From assembly GCF_964194025.1 (NCBI RefSeq), contig NC_134469.1, positions 76,012,001-76,076,000 of the forward strand: a stretch of 64,000 nt of DNA, written 5' to 3'. Below, in pieces: positions 13,101 through 25,100 of the stretch. Numbering within the stretch: the stretch's first letter is position 1; each line of letters opens with the position of its first letter. This stretch comes from Convolutriloba macropyga. Lineage: Eukaryota. The translations under genes and the position numbers were made by a program. Under the pieces are notes generated by a model. That model was not told the origin of the DNA, did no database searches, and saw only the letters and a list, made by a program, of their open reading frames with translations.

Positions 13101-16100
13101 CAGCACTACCCACCTCCCCAACCTAGCTACCCACCCACCCCACCTAGCTCTCCCCGCACCTAAAAAATTGTCGGAATTTTTAAAACACTTGAATGTGGTT
13201 TGTTGGGCTACTTTTGTTTTTTCTCTTGTCTATCTCGATGTATTGATTTCGGTAAGATTAGGTTAGAGATTATAGTGCACGACGATTCGAGTCGTTTCCG
13301 GTATTTTACCGGCTATGTTTTTTTGTTTCGTCGTTTGACGCTCCATTTTCGTTTTACATTTGTTCTAGAACATTCTGGCTCGTCACTGCTTAAATGGTTT
13401 TTTCGCGCTTGATTTCACGCTTTCTGTGTGACCTAAATAGCGGTTATTCACAAGTTGTCTGATGCTTAAACAAAGTTGATTGTAAGTAAAAGATTGTATG
13501 GTCCGACTGCCGAGTGGTTAAGGAGACTGGCTGTTAATCAGATCGGCCGTTCGAGCCGAGGCAGTGAAACATTTTTTGCACCCAAAAACAACCTCCTTTG
13601 AATTAAAATTGTAAGTTTTATAGGCGGCGGCGATAACTTCTATCAACTCATTTCTGTATCTTATTCCATCTGTATTTTACTGCACGCAAGTCTATTTTGC
13701 AGCTATTCCGGCAATCTGCCGGCTATGTTTTGTATAGTTTTCTTTAAAAGGAACTAAAATTCTGATATAATGGGGGTCAGAATATCGAATTTTGATTTTA
13801 CAGAGATCTTTAATTGTAGTTTACCAACAGAGCACAACAATAAAATTGTCAAATTGCTTTTCAGAGTCAATTAATTTGGAGGACGAATTCGAATCAAAGG
13901 GACCGCCGAAGAAAGCAAATAAGGCTGATAAGAAAAAGAAAAACAAGAAAGGTCAACAAGATGATTTCTTTTGGGAAAACGAGGAAGCTGAAGCTCCTCC
14001 AGCAGAGGAAGCAGCAAGCGGCGAAAATATTTCAAAACCTAATAAGAAGGCAAATGAGAAACCAAAGCCTGGGGAAAAAGTGAAGCCAGTTGGAGATTCG
14101 GACGATAATGATGATGGCGATGAGTCCTCGACGTTTAAGAAGAAAGACGCGAAGAGCACAGCTGAGAAGAAAGCAGAGAAAAAGAAGAGAGACGCAGAGA
14201 AAAGGAGACTGGAGCGACAGAAAGAAGAAGAGAGGCTACAAAAACTTGCAGACCAACAGGCCAAACAGGTATTGAATTGCGTTATTTTGATCTTAAAATG
14301 TTTTTGCATGTCTCTATATGCTACTTTTTTTTTGCTTGACCCTAAAAACCTAGGAATGTAAGTTAAACGTTACTTGTAGTGACAAGGAAAGAATGACTTT
14401 TAGGATCTCAGGAAGGAGTTCGAAATTTTGGTCGGTTGACGCATACAATTTTCGGGCCATTGTACGAACAGTCCATTGTCTTAAGACCATTATAAATTGA
14501 GAAAGAAAAGATCGAATAGCAAAAACAAAATGCGGTTTTGAGTCTCGTGTTGAAATTGTATTGCTGCAATTACAAAAACGAAGCTCAAGTTTCAATCGGA
14601 TTGTGTTCTAGGAAGAGAAAGAGAAGGCGAAAAGAGCAGCAGCTGAAGAAGCAGAGCAGAGTGCTGCAACCACTGCTGTCGATCCAGCGGTTGGTGCTGT
14701 GCCAACTGAACCCGGGGATGAAGAGGGCCCTGGAAAGGGAGCTGCGGGCAAACAGGGCAAGAAGAAGGAAAAAGGCGGCAAGGGTGGATTAGGTGCTGCC
14801 GCTAAGAAGGCTCTTCAGGAGGAATTGGACCGTAAGAAGGCGGAAGAGGAAAGAATCAGGAAAGAAGAGGAAGAAAAGCTGCGGATAGCCGAGGAGATGA
14901 AACGACAACAGGAGGAGAAAGAAAGGTTGGATGAACAAACTATTTAAATGAACAATTTCTAATTGCATTTCTGATTTGATGAACAATTTCTAATTCCATT
15001 TCTGAGTGAATCAAAATGATTTCCGAGTGAGTGCATAATGTAGATCTCGGTCCATCCTGTATTCATCAAAGAAAAATATATTATAAAGTAATTTAGGTTC
15101 ACCTTTTAAAGTAATTATAGCAAAAGATGGGATAGTTTGTTTCCGTGGTCAGTATACTTCTACACATTCCCTTTTTGTGTAAATATTTCGTAGATTTTGC
15201 CGATTTTAGGAACAATATTGCTCTTTTTAGGTTGGAGAAAGAACGAAAGGAGAAGAAAAAGCAGCGAAAGAAGGAGGAAATTGCGAAACAGAAGGCGGAT
15301 GGAACTTATCTGACCAAATCGCAGAAAGAGGAGAAAGCACGACTGGAAGCAGCGAGACAAATGTTCTTACAAAGCGGTAATGTTAAAATCGCAGCTCTTG
15401 AAAAACAGCAGGAAACAGCTGATGGAAAGGAAAACAATAACAACAACAAAAACAGACAGAACAACCAGTTTCTGGCCCAGAAAAAGAAGCCAGGCAAGGG
15501 ACAGAAAGAGAAGGAGGATAAATTAATCGAAGAACAGAAAGCAGCGGAAGAGTTGAAGCTGAAAGAAATTGAAGAAGCCAAAAAGAAGGAACCCGAAGTT
15601 GTGGACAACTGGGAAGACCAGAGCGAAGATGAAGATTGGGAGAAGATGGATGAAAAGGATGGTGATGATATTAGCGAGAAGGGTTCTGATGAACTATCAT
15701 CAAAACAGTCGCAACAGGATAAAGTTGAAGCCCTGACTAATGGTTTGAAAGCTGTCAAGTTGGAGAACGGTCAGGTCCCGTCGAAAGAAGAGCCAGTTGA
15801 AGACAGTGAAAGCAGTGATGATGAGTCGAGGTTAAGCATTCGAACTATTTTATCAATTTTCTTTGAAATAACGATTTTATATTGGTTTCCATCAACCGTT
15901 ATATAATATATTTCGCCCACAAAAAGTTTCTAAGCTGCTCCCCCTCTAAATTAAATTGCTCTGCCTATCATTCGCGAGCAATTCTTTTGACGTTGATGGG
16001 TTTATATTTTAATTGTGTCACGACACAACTATGTAGTGAACAACTATTCGCGATTACTTTACGTATGTTCTTCAGTTCAAAAGGGTTTCAAATGTGTTGG

Positions 16101-19100
16101 ACATAATTACTTGTCTTCGACTATGTTTTAGTAAAATAACTGATAAATAGCTCTCAAATAAAGTTTGTAGCAATTATATCAGTCCTGCTGGTATTTTGAT
16201 GCAATTATTCGCTTGACCCTTTTAACTTTTTGTCCTCCGAAACTAACTGTTCGCGAGTCGTTTGAGAGCAATTCTACTGACTTTAGTAGATAATGTTTAC
16301 ATGCTCTCAATTAACTTTGTGTTTTGATCTGAAATGAAGGTTATAGCAATCTTATTGGTGATGTCGGCCTGTTTAATTGCTATCAAACGAAGTTGGTAGC
16401 AATTTATGCGATTTTTGGTTGATCGATTTTGTTTACTGACCTTTTGGCTGTTCAAGTTCACGCTTTTGACTGCTCGACTTCTTGATGTTTGCCTGATCTA
16501 AACTGATCTCATTTGGAATTTAAAGTGCCAACTTAAATGGCAGCGTTTTTACTAAAATTGATCGAAAATGTGCCAAAATCGTCTTCAGTTTCCATTCAAA
16601 ATCTTCCTACATCAATTAAGAGCTCAAATAACATTTTTAAAATGCTGGAATAACATTTGAGACCTGGAATTAAATCTTTTGTGGCCCTTATTGAATTAAT
16701 TGCACCGCTACAATATAACCAAGCTCCATCTGTTGTTCCAGTGCAATTCGTCCGACTGCTGTCTGTTTGGTTTTTTCGATACAATATTGATGACTTGTCA
16801 TAGCTTCATAAACCTCATAGCAGTAGTCCGCTATTGAACAACTTGTAGCACAACTTCAGACACCTCATAGCTGAAATCGATTTATTGATCGGTACAAAGG
16901 GATAGATAAATTTGTTTTTTTTGGCTTCCTTTGGTTTTATAACTCAGAGGCGTTATGGCTACCTTCTGTTTTTAATCTGTGACTTTTGTGGCCAAATTTG
17001 TTGGGTGGGCACCTGAAAATTGAAGAACAGAAGAGGCGGGCCAGATTGTGTACTTTATTCATGCCTTCTGCGAGTGCTACAAACGAGCAAATTTTTCCTT
17101 CCAATGGGATAACTTCAAAGCAAATTTGTTTTTATAGCTGCGAAGCTGTAAGCTGAGCGTAGCTATATTGCGGTGCTCTCGGTTTTTTTTTTGTTTCGTC
17201 GTCTGACGCTTCATTTTCGTTTTACATTTGTTCTAGAACATTCTGTCTCGTCACTGCTTAAATGACTTTTTCGCGCTTGATTTCACGCTTTCTGCGTGAC
17301 CTAAATTGCCGTTATTCAGAAACAGAATCTGTTCCTAAAACAAAGTTGATTGTAAGAAAACAGATTGTGTGGTCCGACAGCCGAGTGGTTAAAGCGACTG
17401 GCTGTTAATCCGGAGATCGCCGGTTCGAGACGCGACAGGGAAACTTTTTTTGCACCCAAAAACAACCTCCTTTGAAATAAACTTGTAAGTTTTATAGGCG
17501 GCGGCGATAACTATTATCAACTCACTTCTGTATCTTTTTCGACCTGTATTTTACGGCACGCAAGTCTATTTCGCAGCTATTCCGGCAATCTGCCGGCTAT
17601 GTTTTTTAATAGCAGACGTCAGCCTCTCAAACGGCTATTAATTAGGCGCCTTCCTTTTCTTACAATTCAAAGAAATTGAATTGTATTGGGGTGCTGTCTT
17701 TTTTTAAGATCTGTTCACACGTTTTCATGATTTTTGAAGGCAAATTGGAGTAGTGATTTTGGTCACGCCGAAACAAGAAGTGGAGCGGAAAAGCGAGTGG
17801 TTTTGCGGCGTGGGTTTTTTCGCTCTAATATTAAAGTAGAGTGAGAAAACGGTGTTTGAACAAAAATTTGCTTTCTCGCTACTGGCTTTTTGTTCACATG
17901 CGGCAATTTCACTTATTTTACACTTATGATTCTACTCTGATTTTACACTTTGATTTTACTTTTTTTTCAATTTTTTGGATCGGATTTTTTAAATGACTTT
18001 CTCAATCCATTCATAGTTCATTCTAGTCCTAATTTTTTGTTTCAACTAAATTTCCATTTCTTGCTAGTGGTTTTTTTGTTCACATGAGGCATTTTGACAT
18101 TGTTTTTCTGTTTTTTTAATTTTTTTGATCTGATTTTAAGAGGGTTTTTCCAATTCGCTCATAGTCCGTTTTAGGTCTAGATGTTTGTTTAGTCAAAGAA
18201 AATTCTTTGAATTGTGCGTCAGGACTTGTCCTGCTATGTTTTTTTTTTAATTCGCTTTACCTTTTGTTCACATGAGGCATTTTGACATTGTTTTTCTGTT
18301 TTTTTTTAAATTTTTTTGATCTGATTTTAAGAGGGTTTTTCCAATTCACTCATAGTCCGTTTTAGGTCTAGATGTTTGTTTAGTCAAAGAAAATTCTTTG
18401 AATTGTGCGTCAGGACTTGTCCTGCTATGTTTTTTTAATCCGCTTTACCTTTTGATCACGTTTTTCGTTTGACTTCTGACTTACCTCAATCACTGTTTCA
18501 ACTGAATTGTTTTTAAATGCATTCACTCAATGAATTATGCAACATAGTGAATACAGTCAAGGTCAAAAGAGCAAAATCAAAAATCAAATGCGATAAAGTC
18601 AAGTCATTGAGTCAGTGAGTGAGGAATAGGTTATCAAAGTTCATTAGAGTGTTTGCTAGATGACACTGGTAATAAGCTTATTAGCTTTCAGTTTAGAAGC
18701 TGAGTTAAGTATAGTTTTAGAATCCAACTGAAACTGCAGGCCGAATTAGAACACTTCTTGACACTGAAAAAATAGAAATTGGGTCATTTTATCTCCTCTT
18801 TTTTCTTTCTCTGGTTCAATCCCGATGTGCATCAAGCGCGTCAACGGTGGCTATTTTCTGACAATCTGCCGGCTATGTTTTAAATTTGATTGCTCTCACA
18901 CAAAGTTTGTGGCAATTAATTTAAACGTGTTTGTTTTGTGCAAAAATGTTTTGCTTGAATGTTTTCTGGAACATTTTTTCATTTCACTTCCTGACTGACT
19001 TATTCACGCTTGACTTTCAAAGGTTTTTTGAGTGATTTGAATTGCTAGCATTTTGAAAATGTCTGCCAAAAGAAAACTGATTGTGAGAAATGACTGTAAA

Positions 19101-22100
19101 TATCCCGTGTAGCGTAGAGTTTAGTAACCCGACTCTCATGCACATTGAGTCCCACCCTGGTCCGAATTTTTCGCACCATAGAATTTTCTCTAACCTATTC
19201 CTACTTCTACATTGTTTGCCTCACCAGTTTGTCAGACGTTGGTCTGTTTACGTTTTCACTAAATGATAGCACTACGCAATATTTTTTAGTATTTAGTTCG
19301 GTCCGCTGTTCTCTTTTGACTATTGGTGCGTCGAAGTTTTGTCTAAGCAGTGCATTATTTCTACAATTCTCAAATTTAGCAGTGTGAAGTCAACTGTAAA
19401 TGTTCTTGAACACAGTTCTTAGCCATCTTTTCTGAGGACTATTTCGAGGCCACCAAGCTGTGGCATTATCTTTCAAGAGTTTTGCATCTTCTGGGATTTA
19501 AGATTTTTTTGGTGCATATTATTTGCTCCCCCAATCACACGTGCCATATATGCCATTTATAGGTTGTATATGGGTTATATAGGTTTCTTGTATGCACATT
19601 TATTGTCGTGGTCAATAACACGGGTCAAAGATTTCACTAAGTTGAATTTTAAATTAAATTTTGAACTGAAAATATGCAAAAATTAGCTTGTATTTATAGT
19701 AGTTATCTATTCGAAAATGTACAGAGAAAATTTAGATTAGCTAAAATTATTTTACATGATTGGCATATGAATAGATCTTAACTCCGAATCCCGGAGGTGA
19801 TTTTCTATTTTCATCAACATTTCATGAGAATCATATATGGCTTGGGTACAATCGAGTTCATTAGTTGGAGGTCGGTTGATGTTAGAATCAGGTTTCTGTT
19901 GGTGGGAGAATTAAATTCTGACATATGATTGATGGGTCAATAAGATAATGGTAGCACCAAAACAAAATTAGAATTGAGTTTAGTTTTGTGGCGATTACTT
20001 ATCGACACAGCAATAAAGTTCGTCAGGTAAATTCTTTTTTGGTTGAAACTTTAATAAAGAAAACGTCAAAGTTTCTTGATGTTTCTTTGAAACCATCACA
20101 TCCTCCCTCCCTTTTTGAGCAAGTTTGTGGGTATAGGTTCTCCAAATCTGTCGGGTTGTTTTCTGTTTCTTGTCGATGTTCGTGAAGGCTCTGAGGTTTT
20201 GGGTTGTTGGTGCTGTGCAGATGATATGGCTGCAGAAGCTTCATCTTGAAGTGAAGGTCCCACATCTGTGTTCTGAAGTTGTTGTTCTGATTGAGATATA
20301 GTCTCCTCCACTGCTGGTTCAGTTTTCACATTGTCCTGGTCTAGTCTCGCAATTTGGTTGTCGCCCACTAGAATAGTCCGTGCTGAGTTTTCGGGCTGTC
20401 TGAAAGATGTGTTGAAGCCCTTCCTGATGATGAAGGTAGCAGGAACTGTCTTTGTCTTTTCGTTGGCCTTGAATAGAATGGGTTCGCACAAGTCGAAATC
20501 TGCTATGGCTGGTAGTTTCACTCTGCGTCCCAACAAGAGTTCCACTGGAGTTTTGCCTCTCGTCTTTGAAGTGTTGCGATGTGTCATCAGTGCCCTTTGC
20601 AGGAATGCTCCAAATGACACATTAAGGTTGGGACTCCACGCTTGAAGTGCCCGCTTCACTGTCTGAACTGCTCTTTCAGCTAGTCCATTAGCTCTTGGAT
20701 GATAGACGGGTGATTCCATTTTCTTAATTGCCAGCGATTCAAGCCACTGTTTAAGGTCACCACTTACAAATTCAGGACCATTATCAGATACTAAAGTTTT
20801 TGGTATTTCAAATCTTGCAAAGATTTGACTAAGATATATTTTTTTCTGTTTCTGATGTCCTATTTCCCGCGGGGAAAGCTTCTATCCAACCAGAACCCGC
20901 ATAAACAATTGCGCATCGACATTGCCTTGGTCCTTAACATAACCCCAGTCTATGTGGAACCGTTCCCAAACGTCGGCTTCTGGCCACTTAGAGAGTGTTT
21001 TTCCCTGGCTAGGCCTGTTCAATTGACAATTCTTACATTTACTAGCAAAGTGTTGAACGTCTTGGGTAATGCCAGGCCACCATGCTATCATTCTGACTGA
21101 TGCCTCGGTTGCATTCTTCCCGGGATGTGTCTCATGTGCTTTTGACAAAACCAAGTGTCGTAATTTGGGTGGAAAGGAACACCTCTGAAGATGATTCCAT
21201 TATGTAAAGTAAGTCCATCTTTCTGTCTTTCGAATCCTTTTTCCGCTTCTGAACGTTGTTTCCAATTGCCGCTTTTGATTCGTTTCATTATGTCCTCGAA
21301 GAGTCTGTTTGTTCCAAGTTCAGTTTTTATTGCTGCTTTGGTCACCAAATCATTCTGGGCGAAGTAAATGTTATTGATTGCGAAGCACACTCGATCGTTT
21401 TCCGATTCGTCTTCGTCAAAATCCATTCTGCTCAAAGCATCTGCATGGGATATCTGCTCTGCTGGTGTGTACTTCAACTCATAGTCGAAACCCATTAGAG
21501 CTATTGCCCATCGTGATTCTCGCTGATGCTGTCTTGGGGATGATCTCCTCGTCTGTCTTGGGGATGATCTCCTCGTCTGGTGCAAAGAGATATTTGAGTG
21601 CTTTGTGGTCAGTCTGTAGGGTAAATCGTCTTCTAAGAGGGAATTGCTTAAGTCTTGTGACCACAAACACAATTGCCAGTGCTTCCCGCTCTATGTTCGA
21701 GTAGTTTTGCTCCGCTGGAGTCAATTTTCTCGATACATATATGACTGGATGTCCTTCTTGCGAAGGAACCCCGCCATTGGCTTTTTCAGAGGCGTCAGTA
21801 GTAACTGTTGCTGCTTTTTTTAGACTATATGGCTGTACTGGTGGGTTAGCACAATTCATTTTTTATGTCTTTAATGGCTTTTTGTTGCATTTTGCCCCAT
21901 CAGAAATCGCTATTTCTCATGTTATTTAAGGGTAGCATTTTTGTTGCAAAATCAGGTATCATTTTTCCGTAAAAATTAGCTAGCCCAACAAACGATTCGA
22001 GTTGTTTTTTGTTAGTTGGTGCTTTTGCGTTTTTTTTAAACATGTTTGGGATCTGGTGCTATTCCCTCCTTTGAAATGGAGTATCCCAAAAAGCTAACGC

Positions 22101-25100
22101 TATCGACTGGTTTTGAGTTAGATTTTTTCTCATTAATAGTAAAATTTATCTCACGTAGTCGACTCCTGACTGCAAGCATTCTCTTGTCGAACTGCTCCTT
22201 GGTAGTTCCATACACCAATATATCGTCTTGAAAGATCACAACACCTTTGATTCCTTTGAGTGTTGATTCGATGCAATTCTGTTAGATTGAAGAAGAGTTT
22301 TTCAATCCCTGAGGTAGTCGGCACATCTTGAACAGTCCCTGAGATGTGTTGATTGTGCATATATCTTTTGCTTCTTCGTCAAGTTCAATTTGATAGTAGA
22401 CTTCTGAGAGGGAGGTCAATTTTGCCAAAGTATGAAGCCCCATGTAGGTTGTGGAAGATCGTCTCCATGTCTGGTATTGGGTAGTCCTCATCCATGACCT
22501 TGCCATTGATGTGCACTTTCAAGTCCACGCAAAGTCTCAGTTCTCCACACTTCTTTCTCTGCCACACCACAGGAGATGCATTAGTGACTCCTCCTGGCTG
22601 TACTGGTTCAAGGATGCCTTGTCTGACCATTTGTTCCAGCTTCTCCGTGACCTTGTCTTGAAGAGGTAGAGGTATTTCTCTGACTTTGCAGAACATTGGT
22701 TGTGTTCCTGGTATCAGCTTCACGTGAGCTTTGTAACCCTTCTTAGCAGGCAGGTGCTCGGCTGTGATGTTGTTCACACCGTGCTTGGGTAGAAGGTCTC
22801 CACCAGGTAGTCCAAATTCTTTGTCAGACTGCACAATTGCTAGTTGCTTTTGAGTGAGCCTGCTTCCGTTCCACTCAACGTCACAATTAAGTGATCCCAG
22901 AAGCGTAAATTGATGACCATCATAAGCTTTTGAGATGTGTTATCTTACCATCTAACTGAGGTTTACCAAGCTCAGTCCATATTTTTTATGATATTACTGT
23001 GCTATCTGCACCTGTGTCTACCTGCATTTTTACTTTGCAGTTATTTATTGAGATATATTCCCATGTCATAGATATGCTAAAGATTTGTTCTTCTGTATAA
23101 AACATTCCCATCTCCGATGCTGGAGATGCTTGCTCTGAAGAAACATTTTCTTCGCAAAAGTTTTTCTGTTTATTGTACTTACCTGAATTTGGTTGGGGTT
23201 TGCTTCTAAACATTTTTGAGAAGCGTCCCACCTTTTCACAGGTGTTGCATTTTTTACTTTGCGCTGGACAGGGTCTACTAGAGTTTGGCTTACCTCCACG
23301 CCTAGTGCACATGTTGTTGCTTTTATTAGCCGTTATTTTTTCATTTGGTTTTCGAAAGGTCTTTTTCAAGTTGAACCCAACTTCTTCTTTCACAGTAAAG
23401 GGCTTATTACCTGATGAAGAACTTGCAAAAGCCATTGCTTGACTTCTGAACTGTAAGCTCTCGGTCATTTCAGTAACCGACATTGCTGGTTTTGCTTTTT
23501 TAACTTCTAGTAGTCTAAGTTTTACTTCAGGGTCCCTCAAACCTGAGATAAACTTTATTTTTACCAACTCCTCTTCGGGGTTGGCCGCTGTTTTCAGTTT
23601 TTCGACGCCACAATAGCGTGCTTCTTCTCTAAGACGTGCTAGGAAGTCGTCGTACTTCCGTACACCTTGTATTACGGACCGAATTTGAGCCCTTTCTACC
23701 GTTACTACTCTCTCTTTAGAGAACTATAATTTTGAATCGCAAATATGATGTCTTTATACGGAGTGTCTATCAAATTCCCAGGACTCATTAGGCTCCTAAG
23801 TTTAATAATTGCATTTTGCCCGCACATACTAAGAAAGAAATTGGTTAGCTGTAGGTCCTGTACAGTACCATCGGTGTTGACCTTGTCCTCTTTCTTCTCT
23901 GCGCGACATTTCGCCACAAAAGACATAATCCACGCAGTAGCTGATTCTGCATTCTGTAGATCCAAATTTTGTTTGTCTGTAGTTGGTCTGGATCACCATT
24001 GTCGTGGTCGATAACACGGGTCAAAGAATTCACTAAATTGAATTTTAAATTTTGAACTGAAAATATACAAAAATTAGCTTGTATTTATAGTTATCTATGC
24101 AAAAATATACAGAGAAAATTTAGATTAGCTAAAAATATATTACGTGATTGGCATGTGAATAGATCTTAACTCTGAATCCCGGAGGTGATTTTCTGTTTTC
24201 ATCAACATTTCATGAGAATCATATATGGCTTGGGTACAATCGAGTTCATTAGTTGGAGGTCGGTGGATGTTAGAATCAGGTTTCTGTTGGTGGGAGAATT
24301 TACTTCTGACATATGGTTGATGGGTCAATAAGATAATGGTAGCGCCAAAACAAAATTAGAATTGAGTTTAGTTTTGTGACCATTATTTATCGACACAGCA
24401 ATAAAGTTCGTCAGGCAGGTTCTTCTTTTGTTCTTTGAAACTTTAATAAAGAAAACTTCTAAGTTTCTTGATGTTTCTTTGAAACCATCACAGTTATACA
24501 ATTTTGGTTTTTCATTTTTGGACTTCAACTTTTTCTTTTTGAAATCCATATTAGTAGGTTATGGAAAGCAATTTGCATTTCTTTAAAATTTTTCATGAGT
24601 TTTCACTGATTCTCAAGTGTTGTATTTTAAATTGTGCAGCGCAGTCTACACCGCCATTAATTCATTTCGGAAATTTTAAATAATGTTTGTAGTAATTTCA
24701 CGGTTTCAATTCTCGACGTAAAAAGCGTAGTGTTAAGCGTAGCTATCAAATTGAAAAAAACTGCAAAGAAAATTAGAGTTGTTTCAGCACTTCTGCTAAC
24801 TCGCATTTTCTTTTTCCGTTCTTTTGTGATCTTCATACTCGGGCAAAGTACAAAGTAAATTGAATCAGGCTTTTGTCTACCCTAAAAAGAACAAGACATT
24901 TCATCTGGGTATAATATCAATAATGGACGGTCATATTTCGTCTTTTTTATACTGTTTTTCTTTTGCAGCAGTGAAGAAGATGAGGTGGGAACGTTTACAC
25001 ACGAGGAGATTCGGGAGCGGATTGAGAAGCGAAAGAAAGAATCTGAGGCGAACAGAGACGTAGGGAATCCTCGATGTGCCGTGGTCTGTGTGCTGGGACA

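Larger units (their letters stand above)
19604..24492 (-). mobile_element. Full-length decayed Ty3/gypsy LTR retrotransposon (Mag/K02A2.6-like) in eIF5B intron 5, antisense
   Basis: TG...CA LTRs at 19604-20100 and 24000-24492; PPT at 20101-20116 (minus AAAAAGGGAGGGAGGA); PBS TGGTGATCCAGAC next to the 5' LTR; imperfect 5-bp TSD TTTAT/GTTAT; domain order gag-PR-RT-RH-IN. Confidence 0.96.

Noticed and set aside
13953-15758. Minus-strand S/F/L-rich ORFs (13953-14309, 14789-14986, 15306-15758)
   Set aside because: Antisense shadows of K/E-rich eIF5B exons.
13500-17451. Functional tRNA-Asn genes
   Set aside because: Acceptor stems cannot pair and the T arm is defective; both are embedded in repeats, so they are kept only as tRNA-like cassettes.
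20096-20330. env gene or chromodomain at the end of the gypsy integrase
   Set aside because: The tail is low-complexity and ends in a [13 protein letters not shown] motif directly before the PPT; there is no room or motif for either.
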